32,000 bases of DNA from Wigglesworthia glossinidia endosymbiont of Glossina morsitans morsitans (Yale colony). Its GTDB lineage: Bacteria; Pseudomonadota; Gammaproteobacteria; Enterobacterales; Enterobacteriaceae. Numbering within the stretch: position 1 is the first letter of the stretch; the number at the start of each line of letters is the position of its first letter. The DNA lies in NCBI RefSeq assembly GCF_000247565.1, contig NC_016893.1:1-32000 (forward strand). Reading direction: 5' to 3'. The position numbers and the translations under genes are program-made. Shown here piece by piece: positions 1-13,678 of this stretch. Under the pieces are notes generated by a model that worked only from the letters and a program-made list of their open reading frames with translations, was not told the DNA's origin and did no database searches.

Positions 1-179
1 CAAAAAATTAAATAAAATATTTTATGTATAAAATATATTTAAAATATTTTTATAAAGTTTTTATTTTATTTATTTAATTAAAAATTTATCATAATGTATA
101 AAAATTAAATTATATTTTAAATATTTAATATATAAATAATATTAATAAGAATTTTATCTATTTTTATGGAAACTGCACT

Positions 180-2063
180 ATGTTTTATTTAAAAAATATT
201 GATATAATTGTTGTCGGTGGAGGTCATGCCGGAGTAGAAGCAGCTTTAGCTGCTGTAAAAATGAATTGTCATGTGCTTTTAATTACGCAAAATATTGATA
301 CTATTGGACAAATGTCATGTAATCCAGCAATTGGAGGTATAGGGAAAGGACATTTAGTCAAAGAAATTGATGCTATCGGTGGTGCTATGGCAAATTTTGC
401 AGATCAATCTGGCATTCAATTTAGAATACTTAATGAAAGCAAAGGACCTGCAGTAAGAGCCACTCGTGCACAAATGGATAGAAAATTATATGCTCAAGCT
501 GTACTTGATACTATATTTAAACAAAAAAAATTAAAAATTTTACAACAAGAAGTAGTAGATTTAGTTTTAAAAAATAACCGAATTTCTGGAATTATTACAA
601 ATTCCGGATTAGTAATTAATAGCAGCGTAGTAATACTTACCGTAGGTACATTTTTAAATGGAAAAATTCACATTGGAAATACAACGTATACTTCTGGAAG
701 ATCCGGAGATCATGCTTCATTAAAATTATCTAAAATATTAGATAACAACTTTGATTTTAATATTAGAAGATTAAAAACAGGGACACCACCTCGTATTGAT
801 GTAAGAAGTATTAATTTTGCAAAATTAGAAATGCAACACGGACACGTTCCAATACCAAATTTTTCATTTGAAAAATTTTCTGGTATTCGACCTCAACAAG
901 TACCGTGCTATATAACTCATACCAACGAAAATACACATAATATAATTAAAGAAAATTTAAAAAATAGCCCTATATACAACGGTACTATTCAAGGAATAGG
1001 ACCTCGATATTGTCCATCAATTGAAGATAAAGTAATTCGATTTGAAAAGAAAAATTCACATCAAATTTTTTTAGAACCTGAGGGGTTAAATAGTTATGAA
1101 ATCTATCCAAATGGAATATCTACCAGCTTACCTTTAGATATACAAATAAAAATGATTCGTTCCATTTCAGGATTAGAAAAAGCAAAAATTACACGACCAG
1201 GATATGCAATTGAATATGATTTTTTAGATCCAAAAGATCTCAAACTAACTTTAGAAAGTAAAATTATTCCTGGTTTATTTTTAGCAGGACAAATTAATGG
1301 TACTACAGGTTATGAAGAAGCTGCTGCGCAAGGATTATTAGCAGGAGTAAATGCTGTTTTAACGTTAAAAAATCAATTTTGGTTTCCTACAAGAGATCAG
1401 GCATATTTAGGTGTGTTAATTGATGATTTATGTACTTTAGGTACAGAAGAACCATATCGTATGTTTACTGCTAGATCTGAGTATCGACTAATCATTAGAG
1501 AAGATAATGCTGATTTACGTCTTACAGAGATTGGTAGAAAATTAGGCATGATTAATGATATCCGTTGGAAAAATTTTTGCAAAAAAAAAGAAAAAATCTG
1601 TCAAGAACATAAAAATTTGGAAAATACTCACATTAATTTTAATATAGAAGAAAAAAAGAAATTCCGTGCATATTTCAATGAAAATAAAATAAATCATATT
1701 ACAGCCAAAAACTTTTTATTACATCCAGAAATAAATCATCGTACATTATCATCACTACAATGCATGCAAAATACTATAAAAGACGAAGAAATTATGCAAC
1801 AAGTAGAAATACAAATTAAATATTCAGGGTATATAAAACGTCAGAAAAAAACAATTAAAAAAAATAAATATTATGAAAATGTAATTTTTCCTAATCAATT
1901 AAATTTTAAAGATATTTCTGGATTATCTAGCGAAGTAATTGAAAAATTGAATTGTTTTCGTCCTTATTCGATTGGACAAGCTTCTAGATTATCTGGAATT
2001 ACACCGGTAGCTATATCTATCATATTAATATGGATGAAAAAAAATAATCTTTTAAAGATTTAA
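180..2063 (+). CDS. mnmG: tRNA uridine 5-carboxymethylaminomethyl modification enzyme MnmG (GidA)
   Basis: The 627-aa ORF has the N-terminal FAD fold [18 protein letters not shown] and the MnmG signature [20 protein letters not shown]. Its length is close to E. coli MnmG (629 aa as I recall), and it sits upstream of the atp operon as in Enterobacterales. Confidence 0.96.
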   Translation: MFYLKNIDIIVVGGGHAGVEAALAAVKMNCHVLLITQNIDTIGQMSCNPAIGGIGKGHLVKEIDAIGGAMANFADQSGIQFRILNESKGPAVRATRAQMDRKLYAQAVLDTIFKQKKLKILQQEVVDLVLKNNRISGIITNSGLVINSSVVILTVGTFLNGKIHIGNTTYTSGRSGDHASLKLSKILDNNFDFNIRRLKTGTPPRIDVRSINFAKLEMQHGHVPIPNFSFEKFSGIRPQQVPCYITHTNENTHNIIKENLKNSPIYNGTIQGIGPRYCPSIEDKVIRFEKKNSHQIFLEPEGLNSYEIYPNGISTSLPLDIQIKMIRSISGLEKAKITRPGYAIEYDFLDPKDLKLTLESKIIPGLFLAGQINGTTGYEEAAAQGLLAGVNAVLTLKNQFWFPTRDQAYLGVLIDDLCTLGTEEPYRMFTARSEYRLIIREDNADLRLTEIGRKLGMINDIRWKNFCKKKEKICQEHKNLENTHINFNIEEKKKFRAYFNENKINHITAKNFLLHPEINHRTLSSLQCMQNTIKDEEIMQQVEIQIKYSGYIKRQKKTIKKNKYYENVIFPNQLNFKDISGLSSEVIEKLNCFRPYSIGQASRLSGITPVAISIILIWMKKNNLLKI

Positions 2064-2261
2064 TTTATTTAATATAAATAAAATATTTTTAACAAATTTC
2101 AAAAATAAATTTAAATTAAAATTTAAAATTTGTTCGTTTAATAGTATAATGTAATTAAATAATTTATATTTTAAATATATTCATTAAAAAATGCATCTTA
2201 TTTTAGCTACAAAACTTTTATATTTATTTTAAAAAATAAAAATTTTACCTATTTAACTTGA

Positions 2262-3353
<1,092 letters not shown>

Positions 3354-3375
3354 AAATTAAAATAGGAAACATCAT

Positions 3376-3849
3376 ATGAATCTTAACGCAACATTATTTG
3401 GACAAACTATTGCGTTTATTATTTTTGTATTTTTTTGTATGAAATATATATGGCCTAATTTGATTGCATCTATTGAAAAAAGACAAAAAGATATTGAATT
3501 TGCGCTAAATACTGCTAAACAGGCACAAATAAATCTTCAATTAGCTCAAGAAAAAGCTCAAAAATGCTTACAAAAAGCAAAAATTCAATCTCAAAGTATT
3601 TTGTTAGAAGCACATCATAAAAAAGAGATTTTTTTGAAAAACGCTATAATAGAAGCAAAACAAAAAAAAGAAATGATTATATCTCAAGGTTATTTAGAAA
3701 TTTTAAATGCAAAAAAAAGAATTCGAGAAGAACTAAAAAAAGATATTACAAATTTAGTAATTTTAACTACAAAAAAAATTATAGAATCATCTCTTGATGA
3801 AGAAACGAGTAACAAAATCATAAAAAAAGAAATGTTAAATTTTAAATAA
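3376..3849 (+). CDS. atpF: F0F1 ATP synthase subunit b
   Basis: The 157-aa product has a single N-terminal TM segment (TIAFIIFVFFCMKYIWPNL) followed by a long charged helical region. AGGA at 3364-3367 precedes the ATG. It lies between atpE and atpH. Confidence 0.88.
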   Translation: MNLNATLFGQTIAFIIFVFFCMKYIWPNLIASIEKRQKDIEFALNTAKQAQINLQLAQEKAQKCLQKAKIQSQSILLEAHHKKEIFLKNAIIEAKQKKEMIISQGYLEILNAKKRIREELKKDITNLVILTTKKIIESSLDEETSNKIIKKEMLNFK

Positions 3850-3869
3850 AGTTATAGAGAAAATATTGT

Positions 3870-4397
3870 ATGAATTTTGAAAATAAAACTTTTGTATCGC
3901 ATCCATATGCGGAAGCAGCATTTAAATTTTCTTCAGAAATAAATAAAACTGAAAAATGGCTGTACATGCTAACAGAATCATGTACTGCTTTAAAATTCAC
4001 ACCACACATTTTATCTAATATATATTTTTTTAAGTTAAATAAAAAAAATTTTTTTAATAACTTATCAGGGAAAATTGATGTATATTTTGAAAATTTTTTG
4101 AAAATTATTGCTTATAACGATCGTTTAATTATTTTGCCAAACATTTTAAAAAAATTTATAGAAATTAAAAATATTTCAGAAAATATCGAAATAGTTCAAA
4201 TTATTACTAAATTTAAATTAAATCAAAAATTATTAGAAGATATAAAATTTTTAATATCAAATAAAATTAAAAAAAAAATAAAAGTTCAATTAAAAATTGA
4301 AAAATCTTTGTTAGGAGGAATTGTAATAAAATCGAAAAATTTTATAATAGATAGTAGCATAAAAAATCGCTTAAATAAGCTATCTGAATATTTATAA
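3870..4397 (+). CDS. atpH: F0F1 ATP synthase subunit delta
   Basis: The product is 175 aa (E. coli about 177). The N-terminus HPYAEAAF and the C-terminus [25 protein letters not shown] resemble the OSCP/delta family. It lies between atpF and atpA. Confidence 0.85.
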   Translation: MNFENKTFVSHPYAEAAFKFSSEINKTEKWLYMLTESCTALKFTPHILSNIYFFKLNKKNFFNNLSGKIDVYFENFLKIIAYNDRLIILPNILKKFIEIKNISENIEIVQIITKFKLNQKLLEDIKFLISNKIKKKIKVQLKIEKSLLGGIVIKSKNFIIDSSIKNRLNKLSEYL

Positions 4398-4420
4398 AAA
4401 TTTCATGCAAAGGAAAAAAT

Positions 4421-5953
4421 ATGATTTTGAACGCTACAGAGATTAGTACATTAATTAAAAAAAGAATTGAAAAATTTGAAATAAAAAGTGAAATTCAAGA
4501 AGAAGGAATTATACTATCAATAAGCGATGGTATTATAAAAATTTACGGATTAAATAATATTATGCAAGGAGAAATGATCAAGTTACCTCATAATATTTTT
4601 GCAATTGCACTAAATTTAGAACGTGATTTAGTAGGCGCAGTTGTCATGGGAAATTGTATTAATCTCGTGGAAGGCATGAAAGTATATTCTACAGGTCGTA
4701 TTCTCGAAGTTCCAGTTGGAAATGAATTATTAGGACGCGTAATAAATTCTTTGGGCTATCCAATTGACGGTCAAGGAAAAACAAATTGTAATTGTTTTGC
4801 TCCAATAGAAACCGAAGCTCCAGGAGTAATTGATCGAAAATCAGTTAATGAACCATTATATACCGGGTATAAAGCTATCGATTCTATGATCCCTATAGGA
4901 AAAGGTCAAAGAGAATTAATTATAGGAGATAGACAAACCGGAAAGTCTACTTTAGCATTAGATGCTATAATTAATCAAAAAAATAATAACGTTAAATGTA
5001 TCTATGTTGCTATAGGACAAAAAGCATCTACAGTTGTTAGAATAGTAGAAACGTTGAAGAAATATCAAGCATTATCAAACACTATTATTGTCTCTGCTTT
5101 TGCTTCTGATGCTGCTGCTTTGCAATATTTAGCACCTTATGCAGGATGTGCTATGGGAGAATATTTTAGAAATCGTGGAGAAAATGCATTAATTGTATAT
5201 GACGATTTGTCTAAACAAGCGATTGCTTACCGTCAAATCTCTTTATTGCTCAAAAGACCCCCGGGTAGAGAAGCATATCCAGGAGATATTTTTTATTTAC
5301 ATTCACGCTTATTGGAAAGAGCAGCATGCGTAAGTCACAAATATGTAGAAAATCTTACAAGAGGCAAAATTAAAAATCAGAGTGGTTCTTTAACTGCCCT
5401 GCCTATCGTTGAAACTCAAGGAGGTGACATATCCGCATTCGTGCCAACTAATTTAATTAGTATTACAGATGGACAAATTTTTCTAGAATCTAATTTATTT
5501 AATTCAGGAATACGACCAGCAATTAATCCGGGTATTTCAGTATCTCGAGTAGGTGGGGCAGCGCAATCTGATATCATTAGAAAATTATCAAGTAACATAC
5601 GTACTTCTTTGGCTCAGTATAATGAGCTTGCATCATTTTCTCAATTTTCTTCAGATTTAGATAAAAATACTAAAAATCAATTAATTCATGGAGAAAAAAT
5701 TGTAGAATTATTAAAACAAAAACAATATGCTCCTGTTTCTATGGAAAATCAAGCATTATTATTTTTTGCTATACAAAATAACTATTTTAAAAATGTTAAT
5801 GTGGCAGATATTAATAAATATGAAAAAAAATTATTATATTATGCAAAAGAAAATTATTCAGAATTTATGAAAGATATTCGTTTTTCTGATAAATATAACA
5901 TTGATATTCAAGAAAAAATAAAAAAAATTTTGGACGAATTCAAATTCATGTAA
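4421..5953 (+). CDS. atpA: F0F1 ATP synthase subunit alpha
   Basis: The 510-aa product has the Walker A motif GDRQTGKST, plus [22 protein letters not shown] and [11 protein letters not shown], and aligns to E. coli AtpA throughout. AAGGA precedes the start. Confidence 0.97.
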   Translation: MILNATEISTLIKKRIEKFEIKSEIQEEGIILSISDGIIKIYGLNNIMQGEMIKLPHNIFAIALNLERDLVGAVVMGNCINLVEGMKVYSTGRILEVPVGNELLGRVINSLGYPIDGQGKTNCNCFAPIETEAPGVIDRKSVNEPLYTGYKAIDSMIPIGKGQRELIIGDRQTGKSTLALDAIINQKNNNVKCIYVAIGQKASTVVRIVETLKKYQALSNTIIVSAFASDAAALQYLAPYAGCAMGEYFRNRGENALIVYDDLSKQAIAYRQISLLLKRPPGREAYPGDIFYLHSRLLERAACVSHKYVENLTRGKIKNQSGSLTALPIVETQGGDISAFVPTNLISITDGQIFLESNLFNSGIRPAINPGISVSRVGGAAQSDIIRKLSSNIRTSLAQYNELASFSQFSSDLDKNTKNQLIHGEKIVELLKQKQYAPVSMENQALLFFAIQNNYFKNVNVADINKYEKKLLYYAKENYSEFMKDIRFSDKYNIDIQEKIKKILDEFKFM

Positions 5954-6013
5954 AATTAATGCATATAATACTCGAAGTACTTAGTGCTCTTAAAAAAATC
6001 GTTCAGGCAAAAT

Positions 6014-8282
<2,269 letters not shown>

Positions 8283-8295
8283 AATCAAATTTATT

Positions 8296-8712
8296 ATGCA
8301 AAAACTTTTTCATTTAAAAGTCATTAGTCCAGAAAAAATAATCTTTTCTAATTTAGTAAAACAAATTAAAATTACAGGATCAGAAGGAGAATTTGGGATT
8401 TTATCACAACATGCACCTTTTTTGACTACTATTAAACCTGGATTTATAAAAATAATATTTGAAAACAAAAATAGAGAATATATTTATCTTTCTGGAGGAA
8501 TATTTGAAATTTATTTAAATGTAGCAACAGTTTTAGCGGATACTGCAATTCGAGGGCAAGAAATTGATAAAAATAGAGCAATAGAATCAAAAAAAAAAGC
8601 AGAAAATTTAATTAAAACTGCACAGGCAAAAAAAGAATACATGAGAGCCATAATAGAATTATCTAAGTCTATTGCAAAATTAAAAACCTATTATTTGTCA
8701 AATAAAAAATAA
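8296..8712 (+). CDS. atpC: F0F1 ATP synthase subunit epsilon
   Basis: The 138-aa product has the N-terminus LKVISPEKIIFSNLVKQIKITGSEGEFGILSQHAP, typical of epsilon. It is the last gene of the atp cluster. Confidence 0.9.
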   Translation: MQKLFHLKVISPEKIIFSNLVKQIKITGSEGEFGILSQHAPFLTTIKPGFIKIIFENKNREYIYLSGGIFEIYLNVATVLADTAIRGQEIDKNRAIESKKKAENLIKTAQAKKEYMRAIIELSKSIAKLKTYYLSNKK

Positions 8713-8898
8713 TAATTTTTATTCTAAATTTTTAATATTTTCAACTTAATTATAGTTTTGATTGTAAATATGTATAAAATATTAAATTTCGAAAATTTTT
8801 AAATAATTTATTAATTATTAATTAACAAAAAACTATTCTACTAAAAATCTAAATCTTATATTATATTTTTAGTTCTCTTATTAAAGAGAGATAAATAC

Positions 8899-10275
8899 AT
8901 GAATACTTCGTCTCAAGAATTGAGCGTAATTATTTTATCAGCCGGTCAAGGAAAGCGCATGTTCAGTGCGACTCCGAAAGTATTACATAAATTAGCTGGA
9001 AAACCAATTTTACAGCATGTTATAGATACCGTATTAAATCTTCCTACAAAAAAAATTTATATCGTCTATGGATATGAAGGTCAATTATTGCGTAAAAAAA
9101 TAATATCAAATCACTCATCTTTAAATTGGATCTTACAATCTAATCAGAACGGTACTGGACATGCGATTCAAAAAGTTATGGAAAAATATGAGGGTGCAAA
9201 CAATGATCAGATACTTATTTTATACGGAGATATTCCACTAATATCTATAAAAACTTTAAGTAGGCTATTATATTTTCATACTGGTTTTAATATAAGTTTG
9301 TTAACAGCAAAAATTGATTCTCCGTATGGTTATGGCAGAATCTTAAGAAAAGACGGATTAATTGTTAAAATTATTGAACAAGATGATGTATCAGAAAATC
9401 ATAAAAAAATTCGAGAAATTAATACCGGGATAATGGTAGTAAATAAAAAAAAATTAAATACTTGGATTCATCAAATAAATAACAACAACGCAAAAAAAGA
9501 ATTTTATTTGACCGATATTGTTTCAATAGCACATCACAGCGGTCATGTCATTAATTCGATGCAATCAAAAAATACATTTGAAATTTTTGGAATAAATAAT
9601 CGTTTACAACTAATGCACCTAGAACGTTTTTATCAAAAAAAACAAGCAAAGAAACTATTATTAAACGGTCTTAGTTTAGCAGATCATAGACGTTTTGATT
9701 TAAGAGGGACGTTAAAACATGGAAAAGATATTTTTATTGATGTAAATGTGATATTAGAAGGAAATATAATTATTGGCGATCGAGTGAAAATTTGCAACGG
9801 ATGTAAATTAAAAAATGTTACGATTAATAATGACGTTATTATTTACCCATATTCTATAATAGAAAACACTCATTTAGATTCTAACAGTATTATTGGTCCT
9901 TTTGCCCATATACATTCAAATAGTAGAATATCAAAAAATGTAAATATTGGAAATTTTGTTGAAGTAAAAAACACTATTTTTGGAAAAAATTCAAAAGCTG
10001 GTCACTTAAGCTACTTAGGAGATGCAAATATAGGTAAAAAAGTAAACATTGGTGCTGGAGCAATCACGTGTAATTTTGATGGTAAAAACAAAAATAAAAC
10101 TATAATTAATAATGATGCATTTATCGGTGCTAACTCAGAATTAATTGCACCTATTATAATCGGATCTGGCGCTACAGTAGGTGCAGGAACTACTGTCACT
10201 AAAAACATAAATAATGGCGAAAAAATAATTAGTAGAATAAGACAATTTTCGATTTTAAAAAAAAATAATTCTTAA
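8899..10275 (+). CDS. glmU: bifunctional UDP-N-acetylglucosamine pyrophosphorylase / glucosamine-1-phosphate N-acetyltransferase
   Basis: The 458-aa product has the nucleotidyltransferase N-terminus ILSAGQGKRM...PKVLHKLAGKP. The C-terminus has left-handed beta-helix hexapeptide repeats (IGKKVNIGAGAITCNFDG, IGANSELIAPIIIGSGATVGAGT). It follows atpC as in E. coli. Confidence 0.94.
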   Translation: MNTSSQELSVIILSAGQGKRMFSATPKVLHKLAGKPILQHVIDTVLNLPTKKIYIVYGYEGQLLRKKIISNHSSLNWILQSNQNGTGHAIQKVMEKYEGANNDQILILYGDIPLISIKTLSRLLYFHTGFNISLLTAKIDSPYGYGRILRKDGLIVKIIEQDDVSENHKKIREINTGIMVVNKKKLNTWIHQINNNNAKKEFYLTDIVSIAHHSGHVINSMQSKNTFEIFGINNRLQLMHLERFYQKKQAKKLLLNGLSLADHRRFDLRGTLKHGKDIFIDVNVILEGNIIIGDRVKICNGCKLKNVTINNDVIIYPYSIIENTHLDSNSIIGPFAHIHSNSRISKNVNIGNFVEVKNTIFGKNSKAGHLSYLGDANIGKKVNIGAGAITCNFDGKNKNKTIINNDAFIGANSELIAPIIIGSGATVGAGTTVTKNINNGEKIISRIRQFSILKKNNS

Positions 10276-10439
10276 TATAAAATCAATTAAAAATTTAATT
10301 TATTAAATATAACTATGTATAAAAGTATAAATTGTTATATTCTAAAATTTTATTATAACAATAACTAGTTTAAAATTAACAACATGATTAATAAAACATG
10401 TTGATTATAACACTACATATAAAATTTAGGAAAATTCTA

Positions 10440-12278
10440 ATGTGTGGAATAGTAGGTATAATTTCACAGCGTAATGTTTTAGATCTTTTGTTATCAGGAT
10501 TAAATCGTCTTGAATATCGCGGCTATGATTCTTCCGGAATTGCTGTTATAGATAATAATAATCAGTTGAAATGTTTAAAAAAAGTAGGAAAAGTTAAAGT
10601 ATTAAAAAAATCAATTTTTAAAAAAAAATCTGTTTTTTTAGGAAATACAGGTTTAGCACACACTAGATGGGCCACACATGGTTCTCCAACAGAAAACAAT
10701 GCACACCCTCACTTATCGGAACACATAGCAGTAGTACACAATGGTATTATAGAAAATCATGAATCTTTAAGGCATCATTTGCGAACATATCAATATCAAT
10801 TTCACAGTGATACTGATACTGAAGTTATTGCTCATTTAATTCATTGGGAACAAAAACGTAACGGAGGCACTTTAATAGAAGTAGTAAAACGCGTATCACC
10901 TATGTTATTTGGAATTTATAGTGCAGTAATAATAGATGCTAATAATCCGAAAGCGCTTGTAGCAGAATGTTCGGGAAGCCCTTTAATTATTGGATGCGGT
11001 ATAAAAGAAAATGCTTTTGCTTCAGATCAATTAGCTTTATTAGATATAACTAATAAATTTATTTTTTTAAAAAATGGAGATATTTCAGAAATTACTAGTT
11101 CGAATATTCAGATATGGAACAAATATGGAAAATTGATTCGTAGAGATATAGTAAAAAAAAATATTATCTTAGATCCTAATAAAAAAGGAGAATTTCGTTA
11201 TTTTTTAAAAAAAGAAATTTTTGAGCAACCTCAAGCTATTAAAAATACTTTAAAAAATCGTTTAAAAAACAATTATGTGTATCTATCAGAAATGTCTGAT
11301 AAATCTAATAAAATTTTAATTAATACAAAACATATTCAACTTGTTGCTTGTGGAAGTTCATATAATTCTGCTATGGTGTCAAAGTATTGGTTTGAAAATT
11401 TAGTTGGATTATCTTGTAATGTTGATATAGCTTCCGAATTTTGCTATCGCAATATTGTAGTAAATCCAAATAGTTTATTAATTTTTTTATCGCAATCTGG
11501 AGAAACTGCAGATATTTTATCTGCGTTACGATTATCAAAAAATCTTAATTATTTATCGTCTTTAGCAATTTGTAACACTCCAGAATCTACTTTAAGTAGA
11601 GAATCTGATATAAATATTTTAACATACGCAGGAATAGAAATTAGTGTTGCTTCTACTAAAACATTTACTACACAACTTACAGCATTACTAAGCTTAATAG
11701 CACATATAAGTTTATTAAAAAAAATGAATAAAAAACTACAATTAGATATTTTTCATGCTATGCAGATTTTGCCTTATAGAATAGAACAAATGCTGCTTTT
11801 GGCACCTTACATTAAAAATTTAGTAAAAGATTTTGCCAATACAAATAATGCAATTTTTATCGGAAGAGGCGAATTGTACCCTATCGCTATAGAATCCGCA
11901 TTAAAATTAAAAGAAACCTCCTATATTCATGCTGAAGGTTATGCAGCGGGAGAGTTAAAACATGGATCTTTAGCTCTCATTGATATTAACATGCCAGTGA
12001 TTATACTTGCACCAAATAATAGTTTATTAAAAAAATTGTTATCTAATATAGAAGAAATTCGTGCTCGTTCCGGAAAAATATATATTTTTTCAGAAAAAAA
12101 TATTTTTTTTTCAAATTATGTAAATATTAAAAATATTCAACTCCCTTTTGTAGAAGATATCTCGACTCCTATGGCTTATATTGTGCCAATGCAACTTTTA
12201 GCCTATTATATAGGATTAGAAAAAAATATAGATGTTGATCATCCTAGAAATTTAGCAAAAACAGTTACAGTCGAATAA
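10440..12278 (+). CDS. glmS: glutamine--fructose-6-phosphate aminotransferase
   Basis: The product is 612 aa from the ATG at 10440, so the protein begins MCGIVGI, as required for the N-terminal nucleophile Cys. AGGA lies at 10427-10430. It has the SIS motif SQSGETADIL and the C-terminus LAKTVTVE (E. coli LAKSVTVE). The track start at 10398 adds 14 residues that would bury the catalytic Cys. Confidence 0.96.
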   Translation: MCGIVGIISQRNVLDLLLSGLNRLEYRGYDSSGIAVIDNNNQLKCLKKVGKVKVLKKSIFKKKSVFLGNTGLAHTRWATHGSPTENNAHPHLSEHIAVVHNGIIENHESLRHHLRTYQYQFHSDTDTEVIAHLIHWEQKRNGGTLIEVVKRVSPMLFGIYSAVIIDANNPKALVAECSGSPLIIGCGIKENAFASDQLALLDITNKFIFLKNGDISEITSSNIQIWNKYGKLIRRDIVKKNIILDPNKKGEFRYFLKKEIFEQPQAIKNTLKNRLKNNYVYLSEMSDKSNKILINTKHIQLVACGSSYNSAMVSKYWFENLVGLSCNVDIASEFCYRNIVVNPNSLLIFLSQSGETADILSALRLSKNLNYLSSLAICNTPESTLSRESDINILTYAGIEISVASTKTFTTQLTALLSLIAHISLLKKMNKKLQLDIFHAMQILPYRIEQMLLLAPYIKNLVKDFANTNNAIFIGRGELYPIAIESALKLKETSYIHAEGYAAGELKHGSLALIDINMPVIILAPNNSLLKKLLSNIEEIRARSGKIYIFSEKNIFFSNYVNIKNIQLPFVEDISTPMAYIVPMQLLAYYIGLEKNIDVDHPRNLAKTVTVE

Positions 12279-12288
12279 TTTTTCTTAA

Positions 12289-13677
12289 CTACTTACCTAT
12301 ACAAAAATTTGAAAAAATTTCATTAAGAAAACTATTTGAATTAAGATTTATTCCTAAAATTCTTTCTAAAGCCTTCTGAGCAGCAGATAGTTCCTCTGCA
12401 ACTAATTCTAAAGTATTTTCTCTCAAAATTTTTTTTCCTTGAAAAATATGATATTTCGTAATTTTTAATTCGTATAAATGTCTTTGTTTCGCGATAAAAT
12501 ATCCTTCTTCATTTAATTGCAAACATTTTAAATTTTTTAAATATTTTATTAAAATATCTATACTTGAATTATCATTAACTGATATCGTAATTATTGGATA
12601 ATCCTGATTATCTATAATGCCGATAGGTTCTTTGCTTAAATCTGCTTTATTGCGTATAACAGCAATTTTTTTGTTTAATTTTAAAGCAAATTCTTTGTAT
12701 TGAGGCCATAATTTATATATATCATTTGAACTATCTATACTACTATCTACTATAAATAAAACATGATCTGATATACAAACTTCTTTTAATGCGCGACGAA
12801 TTCCGATATTTTCTATTATATCACGAGTTACTCTTAAACCTGCAGTATCACTAATGTTTATTGAAACACCATTTATATTGATATATTCATGTAAAACATC
12901 TCGCGTTGTTCCCGGAATTTTAGTCACAATAGCAGATTTTCGACCAGATAATGCGTTAAATATACTAGATTTTCCAGCGTTAGGTTTTCCTATGATAGCA
13001 ATTTTTATACCTTCTTGTAGAAGATTGCTATATTTAGATAAGTTTTGTATTTTTTTGATTTTTAAAAAGATCTTTTTTAAATTTTTTTTCATATTTATTA
13101 TATCTATGACATGTGTGTTTTCTTCAGAAAAGTCACATGTCATTTCTATGTTCATACGTAATTTCTGAATTAAATATAACAATTTATGAATTTTTTTAGA
13201 AAAATCTCCTTTTAAGGCAAATAAAGCAGATCTAGATGCTTGTACTGAACGGGCGTTAATTAAATCAGAAATCGCTTCTGCTTGAATTAAATCTATTTTT
13301 CCATTTATAAAAGCGCGTTCTAAAAATTCTCCTGGGTTTGCTATTCTGATATTAGGTATAGAAATAATTTCTTGCAATAAGACATTCAACGTTATTGGTG
13401 CTCCATGTGCCTGTAATTCTAAAACATCTTCTCCAGTTAAAGAATATGGTTTTTTAAAGAACAATACGATTCCTTGATCTAGTAAATTACCTTTCATATT
13501 ATAAAACGGCAAATAAGTAGCGTGTTTTATCTTTGGTATTTTTTTTAAAAAAATTTTAGAGACTTTTGCAGACAATGCTCCAGAAATTCGTAATACACCT
13601 ATGCCTCCCCTTCCGGGAGGAGTAGCAATTGCTGCAATTGTGTCGTTTTTATTGTATTGATTATTAATCGTTAACAT
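12289..13677 (-). CDS. mnmE: tRNA modification GTPase MnmE (TrmE/ThdF)
   Basis: The 462-aa product has the G-domain motifs GKPNAGKSSIFNAL, DTAGLR and NKADL, and the C-terminal CIGK tetrapeptide typical of MnmE. It lies downstream of yidC as in E. coli. Confidence 0.95.
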   Translation of the reverse strand: MLTINNQYNKNDTIAAIATPPGRGGIGVLRISGALSAKVSKIFLKKIPKIKHATYLPFYNMKGNLLDQGIVLFFKKPYSLTGEDVLELQAHGAPITLNVLLQEIISIPNIRIANPGEFLERAFINGKIDLIQAEAISDLINARSVQASRSALFALKGDFSKKIHKLLYLIQKLRMNIEMTCDFSEENTHVIDIINMKKNLKKIFLKIKKIQNLSKYSNLLQEGIKIAIIGKPNAGKSSIFNALSGRKSAIVTKIPGTTRDVLHEYININGVSINISDTAGLRVTRDIIENIGIRRALKEVCISDHVLFIVDSSIDSSNDIYKLWPQYKEFALKLNKKIAVIRNKADLSKEPIGIIDNQDYPIITISVNDNSSIDILIKYLKNLKCLQLNEEGYFIAKQRHLYELKITKYHIFQGKKILRENTLELVAEELSAAQKALERILGINLNSNSFLNEIFSNFCIGK

Positions 13678-13678
13678 A

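Noticed and set aside
2145-2150. Perfect TATAAT upstream of atpB, considered as the atp promoter -10.
   Set aside because: The only nearby -35-like hexamer (ttgttc, 2130-2135) is 9 nt away, which is wrong spacing. TATAAT is expected frequently at this base composition. It is kept only as a remark in the spacer finding.
2191-2232. 13-codon ORF (MHLILATKLLYLF) upstream of atpB, considered as an atpI relic.
   Set aside because: It is too short and shows no resemblance I can see to AtpI. It has no SD.
8874-8889. Hairpin tctctt-atta-aagaga overlapping the SD-like gagag of glmU, a possible translational control element.
   Set aside because: It has only 6 bp with two G-C pairs, so predicted stability is marginal. 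There is no supporting conservation data, and it is indistinguishable from chance.
12854-13168. 104-aa plus-strand ORF inside mnmE.
   Set aside because: It is antisense to the mnmE G-domain, which is unambiguously conserved on the minus strand. There is no SD, and the product is F/I-rich low-complexity sequence.
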